A stretch of 64,000 nt of DNA from Diplonema japonicum (GCA_964019335.1 OZ025653.1:248001-312000); one strand, 5' to 3'. Numbered from the stretch's first letter, positions 34,594-48,189 are shown. Notes: generated from the sequence alone by a model not told the origin. Translations and numbers: made by a program.

Positions 34594-37500
34594 TCAACTC
34601 CTCCGTCTGGAAATTGCCATGTTGCCTCTGATGGGCTTTGTTGTTTGGGACGCTGCTGTATCTGAATTAGAAAAAGATTTGAAGGAACATACCGACTGGA
34701 GCGGCGGGGGGCGCTGGAGTTTGGCCTAGAGTACTCCTTTTCGGGCGGCTGGAGGAGTTGGGACGAACCTACAAGAGAGATGGTAAAGTGAGAACACAAC
34801 CATTGCATACCTGAGTCCTTAGCACATTGCTTATACCTAACGACCCTGCTCTCAGCCGTATTGGGGGGTGCGGCAAGGCAGCAGCCTGTGGTTGATGCCT
34901 GTCAAGCACCCCGCATACCCGCAATGAGCCTGTCGAAGAGTACCGCCGCGACGTGTGCCTTAGGGACCCAACAGCCACATTTTCAAGGGCGAGCTGTTTA
35001 CATTCACTTATGCCATAGGACCATACCTGTCGTGAGGGACGCTCTCTTCGCCCACTGTCACCCCTCCGCAGAGGCGTGCGCCCTTCGTTATCTGGCAGAG
35101 GGAACACCCTCCCGTTGGAGATGCGTTGCTGCAGTGATGACACCAACCCGCTCCTCGGTACCATTGGCTGCAGGTTCTTTTTCTTTTTACGTTTTGCCTT
35201 CTTCTTGCTAGGCTGCCGAGAAACAACCTTCTTCTCATCTACAACAGGTGCATCACTACCCGCGATGCCTGCGTCGCCTTCATCGTCGGTCTCGACATCT
35301 TCTTCTTCCTCCTCTTCTTCTTCTTCCTCAGGCCGTGTGTCGTTCTCCACCTCCATGTGCACGATGGGCGGCTGTATTTCCTCATCTTCTAGCTGTATCT
35401 CGGTTGCCTTCTCGACTTTCTTCTCAACTTCTTGTTCTTTGCCTGCAGTGGCTTCACCTGTTGCCTTTTCCTCTGCAGCTGTTGAGCTGCTGTCCGAGTC
35501 TGTGCTCTCGTCGGGGTCGATATCCGCCTCGGCAGAATGCCGTGCCCGCTCTCCTAGGAAGTCACGCGACACGATTGCTGTGTTTGGGAATAACGTGCTG
35601 ACGGGCACTGAAGCCCCGACGCTAGGGGAGCTCAACGGGGCGAGGTCGGAGGTGAAGCTGTAGGCCTCGGCGACATCCTCGTCGCCTTCAGGCAAAGCTT
35701 TTCGCTCTTCCTCGTAAATGGACTTCAACAGTTCATCATCCAGGTCGACCGCCCTCTGCAAGGCTGCATGCAAGTCCTCCTTCGCTCGTGCGGCTTTGCT
35801 TTCGAATTCTGCCCTTTCGTCCACGTCATTGTCTTCGTGGTACCCTGTGTCCAGCTCCACGGCCTCTTCCTCCGCAGCAGCGGCGTCGGCAACAGCAACA
35901 GGATCAGCAATGGCGTTTAAGTCACTCGCCCCGAGCTCGCCCTCAGAGCTTTCTGATTCCTCGATCTCCTCTTCTTCTTCACAGAACTCGGAACATTCAT
36001 TCTCGTGGCTGACATTGCTCGCCGTCTCCATTTCATCTATGAAGGCCTTCACTTCTTCCGCGATCGCTATGTAGTCTGCCTCCTCGCCCGCATCAGACAA
36101 CGCCTCTCTCTCTTCCGCTTCCAGCTGCCAAGTTTCTTCTTGGTCAGTCAGTCCCTTGGCTGACGATGGGCGCAGGCAGGACGAATGGCCATGTGCCCCA
36201 TCGTGTGCCTGTGGGTGTGGTGTGACGGACTTCTTCCTGTCGTCATCATTCTCCGTTTCTTGTGCTTCCGACTGGCGGCGGTCAGTTCTTGAGGCGTAGG
36301 AGGATATGCCGTATGTGTCGATGCAGCGCGGCATGTCGCCACTGTCGCGTCCTGACTGCATAGCGCAGAGTTCGGCCACCACAGACTGCACGAAAGCCTG
36401 GTTGGGGTTGATGTACTCATGCACAGCACGCAGCAGCATCATGCCTAACTCCTGGTACTGCACAATGGTGTAGTTCCCGTCGCCAACGGACGACGACCCC
36501 AAGAACGACGCCTCGATGGTGTACGAGAGTGGGATGCCAAGCTCAGCCCAATTCACGACCCTTGCCGTACCTTCCTTCTTTTTGGTGATGTGGAAGGTGC
36601 ACTCATCGTATGCAAACTCCGAGCAAAGCTTCGACATCATGAGCGGGAGGATCTTCTCGGAGTGGGGGTACTTTGGGGCAGACTTGAGCCTGTATCTCCT
36701 AGCGTTGCTGTTCCCGTATGCGAAGACGTTTTGCTTTCGGGAGTGGCCGTGGATGTCGAAGAAGAGGGAGACCTCACCCTTACTGAGGAGCTTGCGGATG
36801 TAGTTCTTGACGTGGTAGATGGTAGGGTGCAGCACCTCGTTAGGGGACTTCCAGCACCTGTTCAGGTCGTAGCCGTTTGTGTCGCATCGGTAGTTCCCAA
36901 TGGCCACGCCGTCGGGGTTCAGCATGGGGATGAAGACAAACCGGTACTGCTCGAGGAGGTCGATGCTCCAGACCTTATTGGAGGTCAGGAAGTCCAGCAT
37001 GCCCTTCACAACCCACGAGGCGTTGGTCTCACCGGGGTGGACCCGCCCGGACACAACAATGTACTTCTTCTCCGTTTTGTCCGCCGCGCCGCTTGTCTTT
37101 GTCTTCTTCGTCTTCTTTGAGATCTTTATGATATCACACCGCCTGCCCTGCACCGTGGTGCACAGCGCGTCACGTTTGAACTTGTAAAACGACTGTCTTT
37201 TGCTAGCTTCCTCGAGCGATCGAAGGTATATCTGCAAGTCTGTGTACGTGAACGGGTAGCAGTACGCCAGGTAGTACACATCTTTTGGGTCGTTTAAATC
37301 GAGGGTGAAGGACATGGCGTAGAGGTCGCAGGTCTGGTTGTTCCGCTCACGCTTGGGCAGGCGGGACCTGAAGTAGCAGACCTTGTTCCCTACAGAGGTC
37401 CATTTTTTGAGCTTTCTGGAGTAGAAGCAGGGGCGAAGGCCTTTGTTGTATAAGGACGAGGGCTTCACGAAATTGACGATATTGAAAGTGTACGTGGCAG

Positions 37501-37837
37501 GGTGTGCATTGGTGACACTGAAGTTAAACCATTGTGTTGACCCCCGTGCGTTGGCGTCGCTGGCGAGTTCTAAATCGTACTCGTGTGTGGCTATTTGGTA
37601 AGACCTCTCTAGATTGCCAGATTCAAACTCAGAAGAAAACAGCAGTGAAGAGGGTGAATCGCCCTGTGCCACTGGGTCTGTGGTCGAGTAGACTAACTTC
37701 TCCATTGAATTCCTTCTGTTGTGAAATTCCTTACTCCTTGTGTTGATCATCTCCTTCTGGGCCGCCCCTAGCCCGTCATTACCTTCGTCTGATTTCGGCA
37801 TCGTGAACCCCCCTAGCGTTTGCTTGGGGAAATACAT
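34594..37837 (-). CDS. Cytosolic carboxypeptidase (M14D, CCP/AGBL tubulin deglutamylase family) with long acidic tail
   Basis: FESGNL, QWFNF, YPFTY, RVHPGETNASW, NPDGV..GNYRC, DLNR, DIHGHS, YTIEAS. The last two small exons are inferred, so the 3' end is less certain. Confidence 0.9.
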
Positions 37838-37849
37838 TGTTTTTTACTT

Positions 37850-38287
37850 CTTTTTTTTCTTCTTTTCTTTTTATTTAACACATTTGTTTTTGAGGGTTTT
37901 TTTTTTTTTTTTTTTTTACTCCCCCCTTTTCTTTTGTGGTAAATATTTTCTTTTGTTGTTAAAATTGCGGGGGGGGGGGGGGGGAAGATATGAAAGAATG
38001 AAGAAAAGAAATGAAGGAAAAGAATGAAGGCACATTGCAACAGAAAAAAGAAAAAAATAAAGGTAAAGCGGAAGAGAAAAAAAAAAGAAGGCATATAAAT
38101 ATATTTGAAAGAATGAAGGCATTTTTTTTTTTTTTTTTTTGGAAGGGAAAGAGATGGAAAAGGAAAAAGAAAAAGAAAGAAAAAAGAAAATATAAGGGAT
38201 ACTGTATCGGTAGCAAGAAAGCGATGGAAAAAAAAAAAGGAAAAAAAAAAGTAACAAGGAAGGGCATTGGGGGATCTAAGAAAAAAA

Positions 38288-38319
<32 letters not shown>

Positions 38320-39250
38320 ACGATGATGAAGAGGGAGAGAGAAGCGTCAGTCCACCCCCGATTTTTCTATTTTTTTTTTTCCATTTTTATTTTTGGAGAG
38401 AAAGGGGGAAATAAAAAAATGGGGGCAGGAGGTGAGAGGAGAAAAGACCAAACGAAAAAGAAAGCGTCACATCGGAGGGCGTGCCTGGTCCCCATTACCT
38501 CGCATCCTTTTCTTTTGCTGAAGCCAAATGCGATCCATGTTAGTGCCTAGGTGGTTGGAAGGGGAGGTGTCGTTACGCACCTAGACATGGCCGAAGGTCT
38601 TGCTGCCCCTGAAAAGAAAAGAAAAAATTCAACAGCTTTTCTTTTTTCTTCTTTTCTTTAATTCTCCCAGCTCTTTACAAAGAGGGCGGCACCTAGTCAA
38701 CCAACAAAGCCACAGCAGCCAACGACTTCAGCACAAAGAAGAGAAAAAAGAACAGTTTTTCTAATTTCTTTTAATTTTTTTCTTTTTGACTTTGACCCCC
38801 CTACCTCCCCTCCTTTTCCCTGATTTCCTTTTTCTTCCTTTTTTTTTTTTTCTTTTCTTTCTTCTTATTTCGACACCCGGTTCCCTCTTTTTTTTCCCAA
38901 TGGAATGGAGGGAAAAAAAAAGGGAAAGAAAAAATCGTTTTTTTTTTTTAAAAATAAAATGAGAGGTATTTGTGGAATATCAAGACGGAGGCTGCCTATT
39001 ATATATATCAAAAAAAAAAAAAAAAAGAGACGAGTAAGAAAAAAAACAACAAAAAATGCTTCTGTCAAGCAAAGATATGAAAAAAAAGAAGGGGGAAAAA
39101 AAAAGAAAAGAACAAAGAAAACGCGTGCGGCGATTTTTCTTTTTGGTGTTTTTTTTTTCTTTTTTCTTTTTCTTCCTTTTTTAAAATTGTAAAAAAAAAG
39201 CAAAAAATAAAACCGCCGCTCCCATTTTCTTTTTTCTTTCTTGTTCTTTT
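37850..39250. repeat. Low-complexity A/T homopolymer spacer with embedded GC-balanced islands
   Basis: Poly(A)/poly(T) runs; ORFs are K/F artefacts. Confidence 0.7.
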
Positions 39251-39258
39251 TTTTTTTT

Positions 39259-40860
39259 TTAAACCTTCTTCTCATTTTCGGGCGAGTACTTAATCATGAC
39301 CAAATCTCTTACCTATGAAGATGTTTTTTTTTTTTTCTTTTTTCTTTTTCTCCCCACCCCAAAAAAGAAAAAATCAAACCTCCTTTATAATCTCAAGCGC
39401 AGCAGTTAAATCCTCCATGTTGTGCCCAGCAGAGATGCAAAAGCGCACCCTTGACTCAATGAGCGGCGTTGCGGGGTAGCCAACCACCACCACGGCAAGC
39501 CCTCTCTTAATGCACTCTCTGGAAAACGCAGGCATTTTGGCAGGGTTGTATAGAAGTGCTGGAATCACAGGCGAGGCATCTTTTTTTTTTTTTTTTTTTT
39601 TTTTCCTCTCTCCAAATTCATACCGTCACCATAAACAGTGAGACCAAGGTCAACCAGACCTTTTCTGAAGAATCTTGCGTTGGAAGCGATGCTAGCAAGG
39701 GCTTTTTTTCCATGGTCTGTACCATCTCGGCCCATGACGACCTCCAACGCGGACAGCGCCTGTTGCGCACACCCAGCAGGAAGTGACGAAGCACAAACCG
39801 CTCCACCTGTGTTCTCCCTAAGCATCCTTATAACATCCCTGTCGCCTGCAATGTACCCACCTATAGATCCAAAGGACTTAGTGTAAGTCCCCATAAGGAG
39901 GTCTACCTCTGACGAAGGAACGTTCATGTATTCGCAGACACCCCTTCCAGTGGCGCCTATGGCACCGATGGAGTGGGCCTCGTCGACGTATAGTAAGCAG
40001 TTGTACTTGTTTTTAATCTCAACTATCTTTTTGAGGTTCAGGATCTCACCCTCCATGGAGTAGATGCCCTCGACGACGATCATGATTTTGTTCCATGGTT
40101 TGTGTGTGCGGGGCTGGCCTTGCCAGATGGCCTTTTTGATAACCGCTTCGAGTTGTTGGAAATTGTTGTGTTTGAAAACCTTAATCTTGGCCTCCGATCC
40201 ACGCGCCCCTGCTACAAGCGACGCATGGTTAAGACAATCGGAAATGAGCAGGCAGCCTTTTCCAGCGATGACAGGTAGCGTTGTGGAGTTCGTCGCGAAC
40301 CCCATGCCGATTACAACCGCGTCTTCCTTCCCACAAAATTCTGCTGTTAATTTTTCAAGTTTCTGCAGTGGCGATGTCATGCCCGACTCTGCTGAAGCGC
40401 TTGCCGCACCGACGCCGTACCTTCTGATACTTTCTTTGACAGCGTCCAGTACAAATGGTGGGTTTTCGGCAAATCCCAAATAGTTGTAACTGCTTAGGTT
40501 GACGCAGGGTATCGTATTCCCGGTCAGTTTAAACGAAATGTTGTAGTCATCGCTGACGCGCTCCATGACGCCGAACCTCGCACCTGGTCTCGTGTTGATC
40601 GGCCTGTTCCAGCAGTCCCTGATCCTTGTGTACAGCCTCCTTGTGTAAAAGTCATCGAAATCCCTCAACAACGGGGCGTATCCCTTGCGTGTCGCCCTTG
40701 ATTTTGCAGGGAAAAACTGTCTGTACATTTCTCTCAGGTACCCCATCCCGATCAACACACCATATCCTAGGTACGTGGTGAACGAGATCCAGAAGGGGAT
40801 GTGGTTGTCCTCTTCGAAGGGGGAGTCGTTGGACTTCTTTTCTCCTGTTTTTTTGCTCAT
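39259..40860 (-). CDS. LCB2: Serine palmitoyltransferase catalytic subunit (LCB2/SPTLC2), 2 introns
   Basis: [54 protein letters not shown] (PLP Lys), [10 protein letters not shown]. Introns 39623-39580 and 39379-39313. Confidence 0.95.
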
Positions 40861-40980
40861 TTTTTCTCTATTTTCTTTTTTTTTTTTTTTTTCTTCCAGC
40901 CTGGGGTGTGTATTTTTTGAACAAGGTGGAGCCAAAGCACTTAGCAGGTGGCTAGAAAAAAAAAATCATAAGATGGATGT

Positions 40981-41016
<36 letters not shown>

Positions 41017-41030
41017 AAAGTCGTGTTTTA

Positions 41031-43887
41031 TTACAGCTTTGCGCGGATGCCAAGCTTCTCTGGTGAGAGAAGTGACTGGAGTCGTAGGAACCACGCAACA
41101 ACTTGCTGCTTGGTGCTGGGGTTCTCACTGTTTTTGATCGCTTTGCTGGTGTAACCCAACCAAAAGGTGACCTCTTTAATATCCGACAAGCTTGAAAACA
41201 CAGTCTCCAGTGCAGCACACACGTGTGTCAGCACGTCAGCGTTCAGACACTGCAACAAGTTCACAAGCGCATTGATGTACAATCGCCTCTTCTTCGAGAC
41301 CACTTGGTATGTCACCCCGGAGAAGCTCTCTTGCATGGTCATCGTCAACGTCAGCTGCTTCAAGGCCTCTGCTGTGTACAGTACAAGGCCCACGCCGCTA
41401 GGGTGCTCGTCGCTCGTAAACATCTTGCTCTCACCTTCACTCATGGCAGAAAGGTCAGTGTCCCACTCTTCCATCTTCTGGCAGATGGCCCTGATATTCA
41501 TCGTGAAGTGTTGCAGCAGCAAGATAGGTTGCGTTGCAAGCAGCTTCGGGTACATAGCAAGCTTCTTCCCACCACCAGGAACGGACCTCACAGGAAGACA
41601 CTCGTTCAAGTACATCGCGTACGACGTGGCTGCTGCTAGTGATGGTTCCTTCACGAGCTTCACGATCAGCGCATGTGCCGTCACCAGCACAGACTGCGGG
41701 GTGTCGTTCCTTAGGAACCTCAACAGGCGTGGAACCAAGCTGGAGTACTTCTTCACCGCGGGCTGCCGGATGCTTAAGCGCAGCAAGAACAGCTTGCTGC
41801 ACAGTGTGTAGATAGCATGCCTGTTGCCTTTCCGCATTGCATTGTCTGCCATGAAGACGCCCTCTATGATCTTCTCGGTGTACGGACGCGTCTTGTTCAG
41901 TACCGCGAGGTGACGCTGCAACGTGCCTTCCAACTTTCTGAAGGTCATTCTCTTCTCTATGGCTTTGAGGTACTGCTCTTGGAACACCTTGCTGTTCTTA
42001 CGTTCTCTGTCAACAGGCAACGGTGGCAACGATGTGAACGAGAATGCTGGGAAGTAACATTCATAAATCTCAACGCACATCTTAGACTTCTCGGGGAGTG
42101 TGGGGTCTTCCGTGTCGGAGGGCCTATCCGTGAGCGGCGCCGAGTGTGAGAGGAGCTTCAAGACATCATTGACTGAACCCATGAGCAGGGCAAGTACGTT
42201 CTTGTCCTCTCTGCTCTTCTTTTGCATTGCCTTGTGTATGCAATGCCCAACGAGTGCGTCGACTGCCTTTGCGTGCTCCCACAGGGACTGCAAGAACGCT
42301 GTGCTGCTGCTTATCTTCAGTGACTTGATGAGTTTCGTCATGCCGCCTGTGTACGGGGCTAGGATAGCGTGGTGGTTTTGGATGTGCTTCGAATTGATGA
42401 AAGCGACGTTCATGAGAGTCCTTTCCTTGTCTGCGAAGAGGAACTCGTCTGCCAGCACAATTCCCATGTAGACGCTTGTCACATTCTTAACAAGCTGCTT
42501 GTGGTGAGGTCCTGCGGTGTCGAGTTTTATCTTATTCAAAGTGGGGTACATCCTGCCGCAGGACAGCGTGTGTATGATCAGTCTCGCTCTCGTGTCCATC
42601 TCAGGGGTGAGCCCAGTGGTACCGAGATCAACCTGCAGAGCTGACTGAATAATGCGACCATACCTCAGTCTCCTTGAAAAAGTCAGCCACGGAGTCGCGA
42701 ATTGCGACTTCCGCGTTCTGTTCAAAGAGCTGGCTGTTCTGTGCCGCTGTCCCAAGCACACCTGCCTGCATAACAGTGCTGCTCGCCTTGTCTTCTCTCT
42801 GTTGTGTGTTGGCACGACACGCGAGACATACCGCATTCATCAACGACTTCACAATGCACGTCTTTAAAAGGGCTGTTCTTTGCCCGGTACCGAATACTCG
42901 CTCCAGGACTCCGTTCTGCGGTACGGGGTTCTCGATGAGGTCGGAGTACTCCTCGCTGACGATCTTCTGGAAGCTGTGCATCCCGTTCAGAACGATCATG
43001 AATGCTGTGAGACGGTGCAGGTCGAGGCTGCCCAGCCACACGTGTGACTCTAGTGCAGAAGTCGGGGGTGCCTTCTCCATGATCTCCTCTACTCTTGGTA
43101 CTGGACGCTGCTTCAGCTTCAGGGAGTCGGTCACAATGGTGATAACCAAGTCGTGCCAGTTACCTATGTCACCCTTCGACAAGTGCGCCACCACCTCAGC
43201 CACGCACTTTACAAAGGTCGGCAGCGTTTGTGCATGCGTCACATATTGCCTGAGGCCAGGCTCATTCATTGCCCGCTGCATCATTTGCAGCACCTTCTTA
43301 GGATTCGTCTCCACCTGCGCCACCAGCAATTGCCACTGCATCGTGAAGAGAGGCATAAAGGCCAGCTTATCCACTGCCAAGATGCCATTCACGGTTTCTG
43401 CCAACAACGACGAATCGGTGATAGTTTGCCCCTATAGTGGTGCGAATAGAAGAATGGCATACCGGGTACTGCGCAGAGTCGTGGACATTACTGGGCTTGA
43501 ACCCATGGTCAAGGAGGTGCACCAACACGATGCAAGCATAGCACGCTGCATTCAGTGTGGATCTCAGTTCAACAGAGCCGTTGCCCTCCATTACAACTCG
43601 TGCCCTTCGCAGTATGCTGTACAGTGCCTGCAAGGTCGGTAAGAAAGGAAGGAGGGTGCATACCTGATAAGCCGTCTTCGTGACGTACTGCCGCAACCTT
43701 GTAACTAGCAACTTAACATTATCAGACACAACCTGTGAGGTGTAGGTATGTCTACTCAGCCCTAAACTTATACCTTCAGTGGTGCCGTCTGCACTGCACC
43801 TTGCCAGTCACCCCTCCGCGCCTCCCATATCACTTGTCCCAGAGCGTCAACAACGACCTTTTCGGCAACCTTCGCTCGTTGGGCCAT
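41031..43887 (-). CDS. Large alpha-solenoid hypothetical protein (~900 aa, about 4 short introns)
   Basis: Short GTAT...AG introns join the ORFs 43768-44076 (3' part), 43367-43729, 42628-43407 and 41031-42836 in frame; Leu-rich and helical. Confidence 0.65.
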
Positions 43888-43970
43888 CTGCTCCTGTGTG
43901 GGTTTGCGAGAGAAAGGAAGATGGTGCGTGAGTTGGAACAACAGAAATACAAATAAGTTACAGGTGGTCG

Positions 43971-45044
43971 TCACTGCGGAGAAGAGGAGCTTTGGTGTAT
44001 TTGCAGTCGATGCAAGAGGAGGGAGTGGTGGCTTGGGAACTGAAAGGGGCAGTGCTCCACACCACATGGGTACCACTGCCCATGATTCTGCTCTTCTTTG
44101 TGTGATGCGAGCTCTTCAAAGCCGGTGCACACAGCGTGGCACACTTCGCACAGCGCGGGTTCCTGCTCTATTGAAGACATGATGCCCAATGTGCTCTCGG
44201 GCCGTTCTACCTCAGGGGATGGGCACGCTGTGTGCACCGTAGGTGACGTTTGCCGTGCGTGTATTACCGGGCTATGCGCGATGGGGCTGTGCGCCACGGG
44301 GATGTGGTGTGACACGAGGGTGTGGTGCGACACGATATCGCGCTGCGGTGATAAAGACGCAACAGGCGTTACGACCCTCTCTGCCTTTCGTATCACATTC
44401 TTGTCAGGTTCGACAAGGTACCCGCCGCTCGGAAGTTCCCACTGTGGGTGTAAGGTGTTTGTGAACGGGGTGAAATACCTGCACTTCCTGCGTTATTCTA
44501 TTGTGGAAGTATTCCTTCCCTGTGTTCGCATCGATATATCTGCACCAGACTCGCAGTGGGCTGTCCGGTTGGTATTTGTTGATCAGAAGAAACATCAACT
44601 GCTCCTCCTGACCTTCGTAGAGGTCCAGTATCAAGTCGACGGCGCAGATCCGTGATGGGTTGTGCCGCTCGTAGTATTTTATAATTTCATCCTTGTAGGG
44701 ATTGGTCCGCTTGATGCCGTACTGGGTGATGAGGGACTCGTACATCTGTGGGGGGGGGGGGGGGGTGAGAAATAAATACTGATTTGTGACGTGCATCATA
44801 CCGTTGGCTCTTTGCCTCTAAACTTTTCTAATATTTCGTCGACCAGTTGCAGCTTGCCCGGGTCCTTTGTGGTGAAGAACGCGACCAGGGCTTGCCTGTC
44901 CGCTTCTGGCTCTACAAGGGCCGCCCTTGTTACCTTATCAACAGGGCGTTCCAACTCCTCTCTCATTACTCTTCTTGCTGCGTGGAGTAGGTCACTCTCA
45001 GTCACGATATTTCTACCCACCACGTTATCCTCAAAACGTCTCAT
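43971..45044 (-). CDS. Protein with two helical repeats, a WW domain and two C2H2 zinc fingers (2 introns)
   Basis: Repeats FF..KDP.KL..VD.IL.KF.G.E and YY..HNP....VD.IL..Y.G.E; spliced WCRYIDANTGKEYFHNRITQEVQ|WELP; CEVC...H...H and CGVEHC...H...H. Confidence 0.75.
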
Positions 45045-45301
45045 AGTGGCTTTACATGAGCCTTTGAGTGGAGGGTCAAGAAGAAGGAGGGTGCAAGTGA
45101 ATAAAATTCTGAAGATAAAAAGAATACGAGACATGTGATTGGTATTGACGGTAAAAAAAGAAAAGTGGGGAGAAAGGGGGAATGATGATTGGAAAAAAAA
45201 AAGGGAAAAAAGAAGGGAAAAAAAAAGGGGGAGTGGAGTTAAATAAATGGATAAGTAAAGTAAAAAGAACGAAAGCAATAAGAAAATAAGGGGAAAAAAA
45301 A

Positions 45302-48189
45302 TCATTCGTCGTCTCCTTTGCCTCCTTTCCTTGTGATCTTTCTCCTCTTTGTTTTCGGGGCCTTGCGGGCGCCTTGTTCCTTCTCGAGGGGTGTAATGAT
45401 TTCTCCCGACTTTGTCTTCATCTTTGGGCGTATGTGCGATTGTACCCTTTCTGCCGTGTTCCCTAAAAGAAAAAGGTTGAGTTTTTTTTTTTTTTTTTTT
45501 TTCCCTCCAATTCTACATACAATCACTCCCAAGTGGCGTTTGCAGAGTTGCCTGGAACTGCTCAGGGTTCCTGAACGGGAAAGGAACCTTGCTGATTGCG
45601 TACTTGCTGTCGAGCGTATCCTCGTTCTCGTTGATGATGACATTCTTCAGCTTGGCGTCCTTCCTCTTTGCTCTGGAGATTGCAACCTTCTCTTCTCTTT
45701 GCACTTCCATGTCACGCTTACGTTTCTGTATTGGTGGTAAATTATTTATGTGATACATAGTGTATCCATACCTTTGCCTTTTCGTTGAGGGTCTCGTCCT
45801 GCCCGCCCCATTCCCCCCAACCAGGGAACGCTTGAGTGGCGTCTATGCCTTCTACGTCCTTTTGCACGTCTTCTTCTTTTTCTTTCTCGAAATCAGCTGT
45901 CAGGGTGTCAGCCGCGAAGGCCCTTGCCACAAGATAGTCCTGGTTCATGCTCAGGCCATCCGATGTTTCCAGCACCCCCTTCTTCTTCTTTTTCTTTTTC
46001 TTTTCCGGTTCTGTTGCTTGCTCCTCAACTGCCTCTTCAACCGCCTCCTCTTGCGGTTCCTCCTCCTCCGTGGCACGTCGTCGCTTCTTTGTCTTTGCTG
46101 CCTCGACAGGCGGCTCTTCCGGAGAAGCTGTCCTTGCTGCCTTCCTCCTGTTGTGGTGTGTTGTGTTTATGTTATGTCAACATCATACTTCGCAAGCTCC
46201 TTCTTGAGCTTCAGCCTTCGCGACCTCTCGTTTGTGAGACAGCTCTTCATGGGCACTGCCACCTCCAGCTCTGCTCCCGTTGCCACAGACGGTTCCATAA
46301 TGCGGACCTTCTTCACAGGCTTGCTCTCAACGTCTTCGCCTTTCGTGTCGTCGGTCACGTATGCTGTGCCTTTGTTCGCCTTCGCCTTGCTGCCCTTCAC
46401 GGGCTTCTCCTCTGCGTGGCCTGAAAAGCTCATTTTCCCTGCTTGCTTCATTTTGCTTGCTGTAGGTTTTTCTCCGGTTTCACTTTCACGGTTTTCGCCC
46501 CTGCAATGGTATAGTGTGATGGTGTCAGGGTAGCATACATGGGTTCCTCTCCTTCGCGGTAGCGGTCCACATCCTCCTCCAACTCGTCCACCATGCGCAA
46601 GAGCTCCTGATGTGGTTGTGAAGGGTTGTTGGTAGGTGGTATACCTCTTTGTTTTTTTCCTTGCTCCTCTGCATGAATTTCATGCCCCAAACGCCCTTCT
46701 TCTTCTCCTGCGGCTCGTCTTCGTTGATCTCCCCACGAAGCTTCCACAACGCAGACTTGCTGCCGTCCTCGTTCAGCAGCGTGTCGATCTGCTTCTCACC
46801 ATCGCTGGACAGGCTGTCCACGTCGCTTCCTTTGTTGATGTACTCAGCATCTTCAGCATCCTCGTCAATCTTTGTCATCAGCTTCTGGTGGATTCGGTTC
46901 TGGTTCGCAAGTGCCGCCTTCGTGTCTGGGTCCCACTTCGCCATGTCCTTCACGTGCTTGATCCACTGCGACTTGTTGCGGTGCTTCATGCTCAATCTTT
47001 CCTTTGCTCTCATCTTCAACATCTCTTCCTTCTTTTTCTTCAATGCGGCTTCGGGATCGACAAGCGCCAGCAGCTCCAGACGCTTGTCCTTGTCCTTCTC
47101 CTTCTCCCTCCTCACCATCCGCCTGTATGTCTTCGACTTGATCTTCTTGACACGTTTCTTCTTCTCATGTTCGTACGACAGGACGTTCTTCAGCTTCGAC
47201 AATGTGCCCGTTTGGTTCTCCCCCTCACCCACCAGTCCAAAGACATCGCCCTGCAGCTTCACGTAGTCTGAGGATGTCAACTCTTTCTGCTCTTCCCGCA
47301 GGCCGGAGTCTTGCAGCATCCCGCTGATTTCTTTTTCCAGGTCGGTCACGGGCTGGATTGTCTCACCGGCTTTTGATGTGGTAGGCTTTTGGATGGGGTC
47401 CACCTCGGGGAGGGGGAATTGGGAGAAGTCTTTTGCACGAGCAGCCCGGACGGTGTGATTCCATTTCGAGAGGTCGTTGGAAACACCTTCCTTGGTGATC
47501 CCCCGTTCGCGTTGGTTGATGATGACAGTATCTTCAGGAGCGGCAACGAGGTGCGAGTCGTTCTCACGGAGCTTTCGAAGCTTCTTACCAAGACGGGCAA
47601 CACCGTCAGATGAGTTGAGGGGGTTGACGAGATCGCTGAGGGAAGGCGCTGCGACGGTGGCGATGGAGCTGCGCTGGAACTCGTCTTCTGCCTTGGTCTC
47701 GACGACACGCGACGCTGACGATTTCTTCTTCTTGGCAGCTATTTTATCGTACTTCGTGTCGAGAAGCTCACTGAGTTTCACAACGTTGTTCTCCTCATCG
47801 TCAGACGAACTCTCGTCATCGCTGCCGACCTCTTCGTCCGAACCGTAGATCCGTTCATCATCAGACGAATCAGGTTGTTGTTGTTGCTGTTTTTTCCCTT
47901 TCTTCCCTCCTTTTACCAACTTTCCCGTTTTCTCCTTTTCGTTGACATCGCCGAACAGCTGCTTGAGCTCCTCGTCGCTGCTCCCGAAGGCCATGTCGTC
48001 ATCAATGCTCTCGTCGTCCTCGATTATCTGTTCGCTCATATCCTCTCCGCTGCTGAGCGACACGTCATCGCCCCTTCTTAGTCGTCTCGGTTTGCCATCG
48101 GTTTTCTTTCCTTTGCTTCCTTTGCCCCCCTTGCCGCCTTTGCCTCCTTTGCTGCCTTTCCTCCCGCCTTTCTTTACATTTACCGGCAT
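45302..48189 (-). CDS. UTP14: U3 snoRNP/SSU processome protein Utp14 (multi-exon)
   Basis: KKIKSKTYRR, RAKERLSMKHRNKSQW, GMKFMQR, FPGWGEWGG, VPFPF, GEIITPL spread over successive exons. Confidence 0.9.

Noticed and set aside
38476-38503. Resemblance to the SRP Alu domain or an HDV-like ribozyme core
   Set aside because: Only a short primary-sequence likeness; the required helices and S domain could not be built.
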